Notes under the pieces: generated by a model | What the model saw: only the letters and a program-made list of their open reading frames with translations | Told to the model about the DNA's origin: nothing | The model's database searches: none | DNA from: an uncultured Actinomycetota bacterium | GTDB lineage: Bacteria; Actinomycetota; Actinomycetes; Mycobacteriales; Mycobacteriaceae | DNA: 64,000 nt | Assembly (NCBI GenBank): GCA_963843135.1 | Contig: CAWJJA010000018.1 | Span: 310,017 to 374,016 of the forward strand | Reading direction: 5' to 3' | Shown here: positions 18,192 through 28,859 of the stretch, piece after piece | Layout of the letters: each line of letters starts with the position of its first letter | How positions within the stretch are numbered: position 1 is the stretch's first letter | Position numbers and translations under genes: made by a program

Positions 18192-19534
18192 TGAGCGCAT
18201 CGGACACTCCGCCCGAATCGGGCGGCTCCGAAACGGTGGTCGTCGTCGGCGGTCAGGACTGGGAGCAGGTTGTCGAGGCCGCAAAGAAGAGCGCGGCGTC
18301 GCACGCCGGCGAACGCATCGTCGTCAACATGGGCCCACAGCATCCCTCCACCCACGGGGTACTGCGACTGATCCTCGAAATCGAGGGCGAGACGATCGTC
18401 GAGATCCGTTGCGGCATCGGGTATCTACACACGGGCATCGAAAAGAACCTCGAATTCCGCACGTGGACCCAAGGTGTCACGTTCGTCACCCGAATGGATT
18501 ACCTCTCACCGCTTTTCAATGAGACGGTGTACTGCCTCGGCGTCGAGAAACTGCTCGGGGTCACCGACGACATCCCCGAACGCGCGAGCGTCATCCGCGT
18601 GATGATGATGGAACTGAACAGGATCTCCAGCCACCTGGTCGCCCTGGCCACCGGCGGCATGGAACTGGGATCCATGGGTGCGATGTTCTACGGCTTCCGC
18701 GAACGTGAGCAGATCCTGTCGATCTTCGAGACCATCACCGGGCTCCGGATGAACAACGCCTACATCCGTCCCGGCGGGGTGGCGATGGATCTGCCCGACG
18801 AGGGCATCCCGCAGATCCGCGACATGCTCAAGCTGATGCCCAAGAGGTTGAAGGACCTCGAAGACCTGCTCAGCGAGAACTACATCTGGAAGGCGCGCAC
18901 CCAGGGCATCGGCTATCTGGACCTGACCGGTTGCATGGCGCTGGGCATCACCGGCCCCTGCCTGCGCTCCACCGGTCTGCCCCACGATTTGCGGAAGTCA
19001 CAGCCTTACTGCGGGTATGAGACCTACGACTTCGACGTGATCACCGACGACGGATGCGACTCATACGGCCGGTATCTGATCCGGGTCAAGGAGATGCACG
19101 AGTCGCTGAAGATCATCGAGCAGTGCATAGAAAAGCTAGGACGGCTGTCCGATCAACCGGTGATGATCGAGGACAAGAAGCTGGCGTGGCCCGCGGACCT
19201 GAAGCTCGGGCCCGACGGGCTCGGCAACTCCGAGGAACACATCGCCAAGATCATGGGCCATTCGATGGAGGGGCTGATCCACCACTTCAAGCTCGTCACC
19301 GAAGGCATCCGGGTCCCCGCGGGCCAGGTGTACGTCGCGGTCGAGTCGCCGCGCGGTGAGCTCGGCGTGCACATGGTCTCCGACGGGGGCACGCGCCCGT
19401 ACCGCGTGCACTATCGGGACCCGTCGTTCAACAACCTGCAGGCCGTGGCGGCGATGTGCGAGGGCGGCATGGTCGCCGACGCGATCACCGCGGTGGCGTC
19501 GATCGACCCGGTAATGGGGGGGGTGGACAGCTGA
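18191..19534 (+). CDS. nuoD: NADH-quinone oxidoreductase subunit D
   Basis: TGATG overlap with nuoC. Translation shows [15 protein letters not shown], ...[14 protein letters not shown], and a C-terminal DPVMGGVDS. Confidence 0.96.
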   Translation: MSASDTPPESGGSETVVVVGGQDWEQVVEAAKKSAASHAGERIVVNMGPQHPSTHGVLRLILEIEGETIVEIRCGIGYLHTGIEKNLEFRTWTQGVTFVTRMDYLSPLFNETVYCLGVEKLLGVTDDIPERASVIRVMMMELNRISSHLVALATGGMELGSMGAMFYGFREREQILSIFETITGLRMNNAYIRPGGVAMDLPDEGIPQIRDMLKLMPKRLKDLEDLLSENYIWKARTQGIGYLDLTGCMALGITGPCLRSTGLPHDLRKSQPYCGYETYDFDVITDDGCDSYGRYLIRVKEMHESLKIIEQCIEKLGRLSDQPVMIEDKKLAWPADLKLGPDGLGNSEEHIAKIMGHSMEGLIHHFKLVTEGIRVPAGQVYVAVESPRGELGVHMVSDGGTRPYRVHYRDPSFNNLQAVAAMCEGGMVADAITAVASIDPVMGGVDS

Positions 19535-19595
19535 TGAGCGCTTGCGCGAAGAACAGACAACCGCTGATGAGCGCTTGCGCGAAGAAGAGATTGTC
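19530..19595. repeat. 2 x 33-bp tandem repeat in the nuoD-nuoE junction (MIRU-like)
   Basis: Unit 1 is 19530-19562 and unit 2 is 19563-19595. The first 24 nt of each (GCTGATGAGCGCTTGCGCGAAGAA) are identical and the last 9 nt differ (cagacaacc versus gagattgtc). Each unit carries a TGATGA stop/start motif. Confidence 0.85.
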
Positions 19596-19599
19596 ATGA
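19534..19599 (+). other. 21-codon bridging mini-ORF ([21 protein letters not shown]) linking nuoD stop to nuoE start
   Basis: Its ATG 19534 overlaps the nuoD TGA (TGATG). Its TGA 19597-19599 overlaps the nuoE ATG 19596 (ATGA). It is built from the two 11-codon repeat units. Confidence 0.45.
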
Positions 19600-20468
19600 C
19601 TGTGTTTCTCGAGCTTGGTCAGCGTCCCGACGAGCCCGGCCCACCGATCCACGGCGCCAAGACATATCCGGCCGACGTGGCCGCGCGCCTGGCGGCCGAC
19701 GCCGAGCAGGTGATTGCCAAGTATCCGCAGAGCCGCTCGGCGCTGCTGCCACTGCTGCACCTCGTTCAGTCCGAGGACGGATGTCTGACGCCTGCAGGTA
19801 TCGCGTTCTGCGCCAAGCAATTGGGGCTGACCGACGCCGAGGTCACCGCGGTGGCCACCTTCTACTCGATGTACCGCCGCACGCCGACCGGTGAATATCT
19901 GGTCGGCGTTTGCACCAACACGCTCTGCGCGATCATGGGCGGAGATGCGATTCTCGAAGCGCTGGAAGACCATCTGGGTCTGCACGCCGGCGAGACGACC
20001 GATGATGGCCGGGTCACACTCGAGCACGTCGAGTGCAACGCCGCATGTGACTACGCGCCGGTCGTGATGGTCAACTGGGAGTTCTTCGACAACCAGACGC
20101 CGTCGTCGGCGCGCGAGCTCGTCGACGGACTGCGCGAGGGCCAACCGCCCCTCCCGACACGTGGTGCACCGTTATGCACGTTCAAGGAGACCGCGAGAGT
20201 CCTTGCGGGGCTCCCCGATCCCGAAGCGGCCGCCGCGCAAACGCCTGCCGGGGCCGCCACCCTCGCCGGACTGCGCATCGCCAAGGAGCGCGGCATGGAG
20301 GCGCCTGACCCGCGGTCCGCCCCGCCGTCGTCCGACGATCAACCCAGCGACGAGGACGCTGCAACCGAGGCCACCAAGGACGAACCGGCACCGGGCCCGT
20401 CGGCGAACGTGCCGGCGGAGCCCAAGGAGCCCGAAACAGACCCGGATGCAACGGATTCGAAGACATGA
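19596..20468 (+). CDS. nuoE: NADH-quinone oxidoreductase subunit E, with a long acidic/proline-rich C-terminal tail
   Basis: ATG 19596 gives MTVFLELGQRPDEPGP..., collinear with mycobacterial NuoE N-termini. 2Fe-2S cysteines are in GVCTNTLCA ... ECNAACDYAP. The roughly 60-aa tail is rich in P, D and E. Confidence 0.9.
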   Translation: MTVFLELGQRPDEPGPPIHGAKTYPADVAARLAADAEQVIAKYPQSRSALLPLLHLVQSEDGCLTPAGIAFCAKQLGLTDAEVTAVATFYSMYRRTPTGEYLVGVCTNTLCAIMGGDAILEALEDHLGLHAGETTDDGRVTLEHVECNAACDYAPVVMVNWEFFDNQTPSSARELVDGLREGQPPLPTRGAPLCTFKETARVLAGLPDPEAAAAQTPAGAATLAGLRIAKERGMEAPDPRSAPPSSDDQPSDEDAATEATKDEPAPGPSANVPAEPKEPETDPDATDSKT

Positions 20469-21781
20469 CACCACTGACCCCCGTACTCAGCCGGTTCTGG
20501 GACGAACCCGAACCCTGGTCGATGGAGACCTACCGTCGCCATGACGGCTACCGCGCGCTGGAAAAGGCGCTCGCGATGGACCCCGACGACCTCATCGCCA
20601 CCGTGAAGGATTCGGGACTGCGAGGCCGTGGTGGTGCAGGCTTCCCGACGGGTACCAAATGGTCGTTCATCCCCCAAGACGACACGGGCGCCGGCGCCAA
20701 GCCGCACTACCTCGTGGTAAACGCCGACGAGTCCGAACCCGGTACGTGCAAAGACATTCCGCTGATGCTCACCACACCGCACTTCCTGGTGGAGGGCGTC
20801 ATCATCGCGGCGTACGCGATCCGGGCGCATCATGCGTTCATCTACGTCCGCGGCGAAGTCCTGCCGGTGCTGCGACGGCTGCAGGCCGCCGTCGCCGAGG
20901 CGTACGACGCCGGCTACCTGGGCACCGACATCCTGGGCTCGGGATTCGATCTGGAACTGATCGTGCACGCCGGAGCGGGCGCCTACATCTGCGGTGAGGA
21001 GACCGCGCTGCTGGACTCCCTCGAAGGCCGACGCGGACAGCCGCGACTGCGCCCGCCGTTTCCCGCCGTCGCCGGCCTCTACGCCTCTCCGACAGTGGTC
21101 AACAATGTCGAATCCATTGCCAGCGTGCCACCGGTGCTGCTCAACGGGGTGGACTGGTTCCGGTCGATGGGCTCGGAGAAGTCTCCGGGCTTCACGCTGT
21201 ACTCGCTGTCCGGTCACGTCACCACCCCGGGACAGTACGAGGCGCCGCTGGGCATCACGATGCGCGAGCTACTCGACTACGCCGGCGGCATCCGTGCCGG
21301 CCACAGCCTGAAGTTCTGGACGCCCGGCGGCTCGTCCACACCGCTTCTGACCGACGAACACCTCGACGTCCCACTGGATTACGAGGGCATGGCAGGGGCA
21401 GGAACGATGCTCGGCACCAAGGCGTTGCAGGTCTTCGACGAGACCACCTGCGTCGTGCGCGCCGTGCGCCGCTGGACCGAGTTCTACGCGCATGAATCCT
21501 GCGGCAAGTGCACACCGTGCCGGGAGGGCACGTACTGGCTGGCGCAGATCTACGCACGCCTGGAAACCGGTACGGGCACCGAAGCCGACATCCAGAAGCT
21601 GCTGGACATCGCTGACAACATCAACGGAAAGTCGTTCTGCGCGCTGGGCGACGGCGCCGCCGCACCGATCCTGTCGTCGATCGAGTTCTTCCGCGACGAG
21701 TACTACCAGCACCTCGCAGGCGGCTGTCCGTTCGACCCGCACGCCTCGACTCTGATGGCAACAGAAGGGGTGGGGGTCTAG
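20465..21781 (+). CDS. nuoF: NADH-quinone oxidoreductase subunit F
   Basis: ATGA overlap with nuoE. The FMN/NADH motifs are GRGGAGFPTG and GAGAYICGEETALL. The N3 cluster motif is ESCGKCTPCREG. Confidence 0.97.
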   Translation: MTPLTPVLSRFWDEPEPWSMETYRRHDGYRALEKALAMDPDDLIATVKDSGLRGRGGAGFPTGTKWSFIPQDDTGAGAKPHYLVVNADESEPGTCKDIPLMLTTPHFLVEGVIIAAYAIRAHHAFIYVRGEVLPVLRRLQAAVAEAYDAGYLGTDILGSGFDLELIVHAGAGAYICGEETALLDSLEGRRGQPRLRPPFPAVAGLYASPTVVNNVESIASVPPVLLNGVDWFRSMGSEKSPGFTLYSLSGHVTTPGQYEAPLGITMRELLDYAGGIRAGHSLKFWTPGGSSTPLLTDEHLDVPLDYEGMAGAGTMLGTKALQVFDETTCVVRAVRRWTEFYAHESCGKCTPCREGTYWLAQIYARLETGTGTEADIQKLLDIADNINGKSFCALGDGAAAPILSSIEFFRDEYYQHLAGGCPFDPHASTLMATEGVGV

Positions 21782-24172
21782 ATGACGCAGACCGCAGATA
21801 CCGGCACCGACGCCACCCCCGTCGAGATGGTGAACCTCACCATCGACGGTGTGGAGGTCAGTGTGCCCAAGGGCACCTTGGTGATTCGGGCCGCCGAACT
21901 GATCGGCGTCCAGATCCCGAGGTTCTGTGACCACCCACTGCTCGACCCGGTCGGCGCCTGCCGGCAGTGCCTCGTCGAGGTCGAAGGCCAGCGCAAGCCC
22001 ATGGCCTCCTGCACGATCACGTGCACACCCGACATGGTGGTGCGTACCCAGCTGACGTCGGAGTCCGCGGACAAAGCGCAGCAGGGGGTGATGGAACTCC
22101 TGCTCATCAACCACCCGCTGGACTGCCCGGTGTGCGACAAGGGCGGTGAGTGCCCGCTGCAGAACCAGGCGATGTCCAACGGCCGCGCGGAGACCCGGTT
22201 CGAGGACGTCAAACGGACCTTCCCCAAACCGATCAACATCTCGTCGGAGGTGCTGCTCGACCGGGAACGCTGCGTGCTGTGCGCGCGCTGCACGCGGTTC
22301 TCCGAACAGATCGCCGGCGACCCGTTCATCGAGCTGCTCGAACGCGGTGCGCTGCAACAGGTCGGCATCGCCCCGGGTGAGCCCTTCCAGTCGTACTACT
22401 CCGGCAACACCGTGCAGATCTGCCCCGTCGGCGCGCTCACCGGTGCGGCCTACCGGTTCCGTGCGCGCCCGTTCGACCTGGTGTCCAGCCCCAGCGTGTG
22501 CGAACACTGCGCAAGTGGGTGCGCGGAGCGCACCGATCATCGCCGCGGAAAGGTCATGCGCCGGTTGGCCGGTGACGATCCAGAGGTCAACGAGGAGTGG
22601 AACTGCGACAAGGGCCGGTGGGCGTTCACCTACACGACCCAGGGTGATCGCATCACCACTCCCCTGATCCGCGAGGACGGCGAACTCCGGCCGGCGTCAT
22701 GGTCGGAGGCCATCAACGTGGCATCCGCCGGACTGGCCGCCGCCCGCGGTAACGCCGGTGTGCTGGTGGGCGGGCGGCTGACGGTGGAGGACGCCTACGC
22801 CTACTCGAAGTTCGCCCGAATGGTGCTGGAAACCAACGACATCGACTTCAGGGCACGGGCGCACAGCGCAGAGGAGGCCGAGTTCCTCGCCGCGCACGTC
22901 GCGGGACAGCCGATGACGGTCACCTATACCGACCTCGAAAAGGCGCCCGCGGTGCTGTTGGCCGGGCTGGAGCCCGAAGAGGAATCGCCGATCGTGTTCT
23001 TGCGGCTGCGCAAGGCCGTCCGCAAGCATGGACTACAGGTGAAGTCGGTTGCCGCGTTCGCCACCCGTTCGCTGGGCAAGCTGAGCGGCCAGTTGGTCGC
23101 CACGGTGCCCGGCGGTGAGGCCGCGGCTCTCGACGGTCTGGCCGACGACACGCAGCTGGCGCTTCCCGGGGCCATCATCCTGGTCGGTGAACGCCTGGCC
23201 ACCTCGCCCGGAGCACTCTCCGCCGCAGGCAGATTGGCCGCCGCGACCGGCGCTCGACTGGCGTGGATACCGCGACGGGCCGGTGAGCGGGGCGCCCTGG
23301 AGGCAGGCGCGCTGCCCGGGTTGTTGCCTGGTGGCCGACCGGTCAGTGACGCCGCTGCCCGCGAACAGACCGCCGCGGGATGGCATGTCGGCGAAGTGCC
23401 GAGCAGGCCGGGCCGCGACACCGCCGCCATCCTCGACGCGGCTCGGGCGGGTGAGCTTTCAGCGCTGCTGGTGGGCGGTGTTGAGCTCGCCGACCTTCCC
23501 GACCCTGACGCTGCCCTTGCAGCGATCGATGCCGCGCCGTTCGTGCTGAGCCTCGAGCTTCGGGAGAGCGCGGTCACCGAACGCGCCGACGTGGTCTTCC
23601 CCGTCGCGCCCGTCGTCGAGAAGGGCGGTGCGTTCATCAACTGGGAGGGTCGGATTCGCCCGTTCGAGCCGGCGCTGCAGACCAACGCCACACCCGACAG
23701 GCGGGTCCTGCAGTTCCTCGCCGACGAGCTCGGCGTCGACCTGAACCTGCCCACGGCTCTGGCCGCGGGTGAGGAGATGGCGCAGCTGGGACTGTGGGCG
23801 GGTCAGCGGTCGAGCGCACCGACGGTGCCGCCGGCGCAGCTCGACAAGCCCGGCAAGGGCCAGGCAGTGCTGGCCGGCTGGCGCATGCTGCTCGACGACG
23901 GACGCCTGCAGGACGGCGAACCGCACCTCGCGGGCACCGCCCACGAGCCGGTCACCCGGCTGTCCGCGGCTACCGCGGGCGACATCGGCGTTGCCGACGA
24001 CGATCTGGTGACCATCCGCACGGAACGCGGCGAGATCACGCTGCCGCTGCTGATCACCGATATGCCCGACGGCACGGTGTGGCTGCCGCTGAACTCGCCG
24101 GGGTCGGCCGTGTACCGGCAGCTCGGCGTGACACCCGGAGCCGTCGTCTCCATCGAGCGGACACAGCGATGA
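21782..24172 (+). CDS. nuoG: NADH-quinone oxidoreductase subunit G
   Basis: Fe-S motifs are [25 protein letters not shown] and [11 protein letters not shown] molybdopterin-oxidoreductase-like C-terminal half follows. The protein is 796 aa. Confidence 0.97.
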   Translation: MTQTADTGTDATPVEMVNLTIDGVEVSVPKGTLVIRAAELIGVQIPRFCDHPLLDPVGACRQCLVEVEGQRKPMASCTITCTPDMVVRTQLTSESADKAQQGVMELLLINHPLDCPVCDKGGECPLQNQAMSNGRAETRFEDVKRTFPKPINISSEVLLDRERCVLCARCTRFSEQIAGDPFIELLERGALQQVGIAPGEPFQSYYSGNTVQICPVGALTGAAYRFRARPFDLVSSPSVCEHCASGCAERTDHRRGKVMRRLAGDDPEVNEEWNCDKGRWAFTYTTQGDRITTPLIREDGELRPASWSEAINVASAGLAAARGNAGVLVGGRLTVEDAYAYSKFARMVLETNDIDFRARAHSAEEAEFLAAHVAGQPMTVTYTDLEKAPAVLLAGLEPEEESPIVFLRLRKAVRKHGLQVKSVAAFATRSLGKLSGQLVATVPGGEAAALDGLADDTQLALPGAIILVGERLATSPGALSAAGRLAAATGARLAWIPRRAGERGALEAGALPGLLPGGRPVSDAAAREQTAAGWHVGEVPSRPGRDTAAILDAARAGELSALLVGGVELADLPDPDAALAAIDAAPFVLSLELRESAVTERADVVFPVAPVVEKGGAFINWEGRIRPFEPALQTNATPDRRVLQFLADELGVDLNLPTALAAGEEMAQLGLWAGQRSSAPTVPPAQLDKPGKGQAVLAGWRMLLDDGRLQDGEPHLAGTAHEPVTRLSAATAGDIGVADDDLVTIRTERGEITLPLLITDMPDGTVWLPLNSPGSAVYRQLGVTPGAVVSIERTQR

Positions 24173-25392
24173 CCTATCCCGATCCGACGCTGTTCGGCCA
24201 CGATCCGTGGTGGCTGATCCTGCTCAAGGCCGTCGGCATCTTCGCCTTCCTGATGCTGTCCTTGTTGGTGGCGATCCTGCTCGAGCGAAAACTCCTGGGC
24301 TACATGCAGATGCGCCCGGGCCCGAACCGCGTCGGACCGTGGGGGCTGCTGCAATCACTGGTCGACGGCGTCAAGCTGGCACTCAAAGAGGGCCTCATCC
24401 CCGCCAATGTGGACAAGTTCATCTACCTTGCGGCGCCGGTCATCTCCGTGGTTCCCGCATTCATCGCGTTCTCGGTGATCCCGATGGGCGGCGAGGTGTC
24501 GATCTTCGGCCACCGCACCGCCCTGCAGCTGACCGACATGCCGATGGCCGTGCTGTTCGTGCTCGCCGCGACGTCGATCGGGGTGTACGGAATCGTATTG
24601 GCGGGCTGGGCTTCCGGTTCCACCTATCCGCTGTTGGGTGGCATTCGATCGAGCGCACAGGTGATCTCCTATGAGATTGCGATGGCCCTGTCGTTCGTCG
24701 CGGTCTTCATCTACGCGGGCACGATGTCGACATCGGGCATCGTCGCCGCACAGCAGGGTCTATGGTTCATCTTCCCGTTACTGCCGTCGTTCTTCATCTA
24801 TCTGATTTCGATGGTCGGCGAAACCAACCGCGCGCCTTTCGATCTGCCCGAGGCCGAAGGCGAGCTGGTCGGCGGATTCCATACCGAGTATTCGTCGATC
24901 AAGTTCGCGATGTTCATGCTCGCCGAATACGTCAACATGTTCACGGTGTCGGCGTTGGCGACGACGTTGTTCTTCGGCGGGTGGCATGCGCCGTGGCCGA
25001 TCAACATGTGGGACGGGGCGAACACCGGTTGGTGGCCACTGCTGTGGTTCGTCGCGAAGGTCTGGGGCTTCATGTTCGTGTTCTTCTGGCTGCGCGGCAC
25101 GCTGCCCCGGATGCGCTACGACCAGTTCATGGCGCTGGGCTGGAAGATCCTGATTCCGATCTCACTGGTTTGGATCGTGATCGTGTCGTCCGTCCGCAGC
25201 CTGCGCAACCAGGGCTACGAACAACTCACCACAGCACTGATCACCGTGGCGGTCGTGGTCGCCCTGGTGGTGTTGTTCGCGCTGTGGAGAACGGTGCGCG
25301 CCAGAAACATTCGGAAGATCCCCGAGCCGGTGCTGGCCCCGGGCATATACCCGGTGCCACCCCTGCCGAGTAAGGAGAAGGCCGATGCCTAA
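24169..25392 (+). CDS. nuoH: NADH-quinone oxidoreductase subunit H
   Basis: ATG 24169 forms an ATGA overlap with nuoG. Translation shows [19 protein letters not shown] and [27 protein letters not shown]. The longer 23794 ORF was rejected. Confidence 0.95.
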   Translation: MTYPDPTLFGHDPWWLILLKAVGIFAFLMLSLLVAILLERKLLGYMQMRPGPNRVGPWGLLQSLVDGVKLALKEGLIPANVDKFIYLAAPVISVVPAFIAFSVIPMGGEVSIFGHRTALQLTDMPMAVLFVLAATSIGVYGIVLAGWASGSTYPLLGGIRSSAQVISYEIAMALSFVAVFIYAGTMSTSGIVAAQQGLWFIFPLLPSFFIYLISMVGETNRAPFDLPEAEGELVGGFHTEYSSIKFAMFMLAEYVNMFTVSALATTLFFGGWHAPWPINMWDGANTGWWPLLWFVAKVWGFMFVFFWLRGTLPRMRYDQFMALGWKILIPISLVWIVIVSSVRSLRNQGYEQLTTALITVAVVVALVVLFALWRTVRARNIRKIPEPVLAPGIYPVPPLPSKEKADA

Positions 25393-25909
25393 GTTCCTCG
25401 ACGCGATCGCGGGTTTCGGGGTCACGTTCAGCACGATGTTCAAGAAGCGGATCACCGAGGAGTATCCGGAGAAGCCCGGCCCCGTCGCCAAGCGCTACCA
25501 CGGCCGGCACCAACTCAACCGCTACGACGACGGGCTGGAGAAGTGCATCGGCTGCGAGTTGTGCGCGTGGGCCTGCCCGGCTGACGCCATCTTCGTCGAG
25601 GGCGCGGACAACTCCGAAGACGAACGGTTCTCCCCCGGTGAGCGTTATGGCCAGGTCTACCAGATCAACTACCTCCGCTGCATCGGCTGCGGGTTGTGCA
25701 TCGAGGCCTGCCCGACCCGGGCTCTGACGATGACCAACGAGTACGAGATGGCCGACGACAATCGCGCCGACTTGATCTGGGGCAAGGACAAACTGCTCGC
25801 CCCGCTGAAGTCCGGCATGCTGCCCCCGCCCCATCCGATGGCTCCGGGAAGCACCGACGAGGACTACTACCGCGGCAACATCAAGCCAGTCGCCGAGGAC
25901 GCCACGTGA
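25385..25909 (+). CDS. nuoI: NADH-quinone oxidoreductase subunit I
   Basis: It carries two 4Fe-4S ferredoxin motifs, [12 protein letters not shown] and [12 protein letters not shown]. Confidence 0.96.
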   Translation: MPKFLDAIAGFGVTFSTMFKKRITEEYPEKPGPVAKRYHGRHQLNRYDDGLEKCIGCELCAWACPADAIFVEGADNSEDERFSPGERYGQVYQINYLRCIGCGLCIEACPTRALTMTNEYEMADDNRADLIWGKDKLLAPLKSGMLPPPHPMAPGSTDEDYYRGNIKPVAEDAT

Positions 25910-26676
25910 CGTTGGAGTTCCTCGCGTCAGCGGCCGCCGACGTAGCCGGCCGCACCTCCACGACAGAAGCCGTGTTGTTCTGGGTGCTGGGCGCCGTCGC
26001 GGTCGCCGGTGCAATCGGCGTGGTCGCCGCACCGAAAGCGGTGTACTCGGCCATGTTCCTGGCCACCACGATGATCGTCCTTGCGGTCTTCTACATCGCG
26101 CAGGACGCGCTGTTCCTCGGCGTCGTGCAAATCGTGGTCTACACCGGCGCAGTGATGATGCTCTTCCTGTTCGTGCTCATGCTCGTTGGCGTCGACACCT
26201 CGGAGGCGCTGGCCGAAACGATTCGGGGACAACGCATTGCGGCCATCGCGGTCGGGTTGGGCTTCGGCGTCCTGCTCATCGCCGGGATCGGCAGCGTCTC
26301 GTTGGGCGGGTTCGTCGGGTTGGAGCAAGCCAATGCGGGCGGCAATGTCCAGGGGCTGGCGGCGCTGATCTTCACCGAGTACCTGTGGGCGTTCGAGCTG
26401 ACCGGTGCGCTGCTGATCACCGCCGCCCTGGGCGCGATGGTGCTGGCTCACCGCGAACGCTTCGAACGCCGGCAGACGCAGCGCGAACTGGCTCATGCGC
26501 GCTTCCAGCCGGGTGGGCACCCGACGACACTGCCCAATCCCGGTGTGTACGCACGCAACAACGCAGTCGACATGGCTGCCCGCCTTCCCGACGGATCGGC
26601 CTCAGAGCTGTCGGTCAGTGCACTGTTGCAAAAACGGACCGTGGATCAGAGCAACGGCGGTGGTGAAGACAAATGA
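25906..26676 (+). CDS. nuoJ: NADH-quinone oxidoreductase subunit J
   Basis: GTG 25906 forms a GTGA overlap with nuoI. The protein is hydrophobic, with [20 protein letters not shown] and [15 protein letters not shown]. Confidence 0.9.
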   Translation: MTLEFLASAAADVAGRTSTTEAVLFWVLGAVAVAGAIGVVAAPKAVYSAMFLATTMIVLAVFYIAQDALFLGVVQIVVYTGAVMMLFLFVLMLVGVDTSEALAETIRGQRIAAIAVGLGFGVLLIAGIGSVSLGGFVGLEQANAGGNVQGLAALIFTEYLWAFELTGALLITAALGAMVLAHRERFERRQTQRELAHARFQPGGHPTTLPNPGVYARNNAVDMAARLPDGSASELSVSALLQKRTVDQSNGGGEDK

Positions 26677-26972
26677 ACCCCGACAACTACCTTTATCTGT
26701 CCGCTCTGTTGTTCACTATCGGCGCGGCTGGAGTGTTGTTGCGCCGCAACGCCATCATCATGTTCATGTGCGTTGAGTTGATGCTCAACGCCTGCAATCT
26801 CGCCTTCGTGACGTTCTCGCGTATGCATGGTCACCTCGACGGCCAGATGGTTGCGTTCTTCACCATGGTGGTTGCCGCCTGCGAGGTGGTCATCGGGCTG
26901 GCCATCATCATGACGATCTTCCGTACCCGACGCTCGGCTTCGGTCGACGACGCCAGTCTGCTGAAACACTAA
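26673..26972 (+). CDS. nuoK: NADH-quinone oxidoreductase subunit K
   Basis: ATGA overlap with nuoJ. It is a 99-aa three-TM protein with [15 protein letters not shown] and [12 protein letters not shown]. Confidence 0.95.
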   Translation: MNPDNYLYLSALLFTIGAAGVLLRRNAIIMFMCVELMLNACNLAFVTFSRMHGHLDGQMVAFFTMVVAACEVVIGLAIIMTIFRTRRSASVDDASLLKH

Positions 26973-26978
26973 GGCGCG

Positions 26979-28859
26979 ATGACGATACCTGTGTGGCTCA
27001 CTATCGCCCTGCCGCTGGCAGGCGCGGCAATCCTTCTGTTGGGCGGACGGCGGACAAACGGCTGGGGGCACCTGCTGGGCACAGCGGCCTCGCTCGGGGC
27101 GTTCGTCGTCGGCGCGCTGCTGTTCACCGACATGCTCGGCCGCGACGCCGAACACCGCACCATCGCCGAATCACTCTTCAGCTGGGTGCCGGTGGCCGGG
27201 CTGCAGGTCGACTTCGGGCTGCACCTCGACCAGTTGTCGATGTGCTTCGTACTGCTGATCACCGGCGTCGGCTCGCTGATCCACATCTACTCCATCGGCT
27301 ACATGGCCGAAGATCCCGAGCGGCGGCGATTTTTCGCGTACCTCAATCTGTTCCTGTCCGCGATGCTGCTGCTCGTCCTCGCCGACAACTACCTCGGCCT
27401 CTACGTCGGCTGGGAGGGCGTGGGCCTTGCGTCGTACCTGCTGATCGGGTTCTGGTCGTACAAGCCGTCTGCGGCGACCGCGGCGAAGAAGGCGTTCGTC
27501 GTCAACCGCGTCGGCGACATCGGCCTGGCCGTCGCATTGATGGTGATGTTCGCCTACATCGGAAACATCTCCTTCGCAGGCGTCTTCGCCGCAGCGCCGC
27601 AGGTCAGCGAGGGAGTTCTGACCGCGATCGGCCTGCTGCTCCTGCTGGCCGCGTGCGGCAAGTCCGCGCAGGTGCCGCTGCAGTCCTGGCTGGGTGACGC
27701 GATGGAGGGTCCCACGCCTGTGTCGGCGCTCATCCACGCCGCAACGATGGTGACCGCGGGTGTCTACCTGATCGTGCGGTCCGGGCCCGTCTTCGACCTT
27801 GCACCCAATGCGCAACTGGGTGTCGTGATCGTCGGCGCGGTGACACTGCTGTTCGGCGCCGTCATCGGCTGCGCCAAGGACGACATCAAGAAAGCCCTTG
27901 CCGCATCGACGATGTCGCAGATCGGCTACATGGTGCTGGCGGCGGGCCTCGGCCCGGCCGGCTACGCGTTCGCGATCATGCACCTGCTCACCCACGGCTT
28001 CTTCAAGGCCGGCCTGTTCCTCGGCGCGGGGTCGGTGATGCACGGCATGAACGACGAGGTCAACATGCGACGCTACGGCGGTCTTCGCAAAGCCCTGCCG
28101 ATCACCTTTGCGACATTCGGACTCGGCTACCTGGCGATCATCGGCGTACCCCCACTGGCCGGGTTCTTCTCCAAAGACGGCATCATCGAGGCCGCGCTCG
28201 GCGCCGGCGGCGTCAAGGGCTACATCCTCGGTGGCGCCGCGATTCTCGGTGCAGGCATCACCGCGTTCTATATGACCCGGGTGATGCTGATGACGTTCTT
28301 CGGCGAAAAGCGTTGGGCCCCCGATGCCCATCCGCATGAGTCGCCGAAGGTCATGACGTGGCCGATGATCCTGCTCGCGATCGGGTCGGTCGGTTCCGGT
28401 GCAGCGTTCGCCATCGGCGGCACGCTGGAGCACTGGCTGGAACCCGTTGTCGGCACTCACGAGATCCACCACGTCGCACCGGTGTGGGTGGTCACCACCG
28501 TGATCCTGGCCGTGGTGGCCGTCGGCATCGGCATCGCCTACCGCATGTACGGCATGCAGCCGGTGCCCGAAGAGGTCCCCGCCGGCTCAGCGCTGACCGT
28601 GGCGGCCCGCAAGGACCTCTACGGCGATGCGCTCAACGAAGAACTCTTCATGCGGCCGGGCCAGCTGGTCGCCAAGGGGCTGGTCGAGATCGACGACGAG
28701 GCAGTGGACGGCGCGGGAACAGGGTTGGCCGCCTTGGTCTCCCGCTCATCAGGGGGCTTGCGACTGTTGGAGACCGGATACGCGCGTTCCTACGCGCTGT
28801 CGATGTTGGCCGGCGCGTTCCTGGTCATCGCCGCGATCCTGGCGGTGCAGCTGTGGTGA
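26979..28859 (+). CDS. nuoL: NADH-quinone oxidoreductase subunit L
   Basis: It is an antiporter-like subunit of 626 aa with [29 protein letters not shown]. Confidence 0.96.
   Translation: MTIPVWLTIALPLAGAAILLLGGRRTNGWGHLLGTAASLGAFVVGALLFTDMLGRDAEHRTIAESLFSWVPVAGLQVDFGLHLDQLSMCFVLLITGVGSLIHIYSIGYMAEDPERRRFFAYLNLFLSAMLLLVLADNYLGLYVGWEGVGLASYLLIGFWSYKPSAATAAKKAFVVNRVGDIGLAVALMVMFAYIGNISFAGVFAAAPQVSEGVLTAIGLLLLLAACGKSAQVPLQSWLGDAMEGPTPVSALIHAATMVTAGVYLIVRSGPVFDLAPNAQLGVVIVGAVTLLFGAVIGCAKDDIKKALAASTMSQIGYMVLAAGLGPAGYAFAIMHLLTHGFFKAGLFLGAGSVMHGMNDEVNMRRYGGLRKALPITFATFGLGYLAIIGVPPLAGFFSKDGIIEAALGAGGVKGYILGGAAILGAGITAFYMTRVMLMTFFGEKRWAPDAHPHESPKVMTWPMILLAIGSVGSGAAFAIGGTLEHWLEPVVGTHEIHHVAPVWVVTTVILAVVAVGIGIAYRMYGMQPVPEEVPAGSALTVAARKDLYGDALNEELFMRPGQLVAKGLVEIDDEAVDGAGTGLAALVSRSSGGLRLLETGYARSYALSMLAGAFLVIAAILAVQLW

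Noticed and set aside
19516-19523. A G8 homopolymer near the 3' end of nuoD, considered as a possible phase-variation tract.
   Set aside because: It encodes the conserved C-terminal ...PVMGGVD... of NuoD, and slippage would alter only the last few residues. There is no evidence of a switch.
19530-19595. The 33-bp direct repeat, considered as a mini-CRISPR.
   Set aside because: There are only two adjacent copies, with no spacer between them and no cas genes. It fits a MIRU-like tandem repeat instead.
19542-19595. TTG 19542 as an alternative nuoE start, which would translate the repeats as [18 protein letters not shown].
   Set aside because: ATG 19596 gives an N-terminus collinear with mycobacterial NuoE and is coupled to the mini-ORF stop. 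The TTG has no better ribosome-binding context. It is kept only as a possibility.
21269-28472. Long minus-strand ORFs antisense to nuoF/G and nuoL (21269-22540, 27171-28472).
   Set aside because: They are GC-driven shadow ORFs opposite conserved complex I genes.
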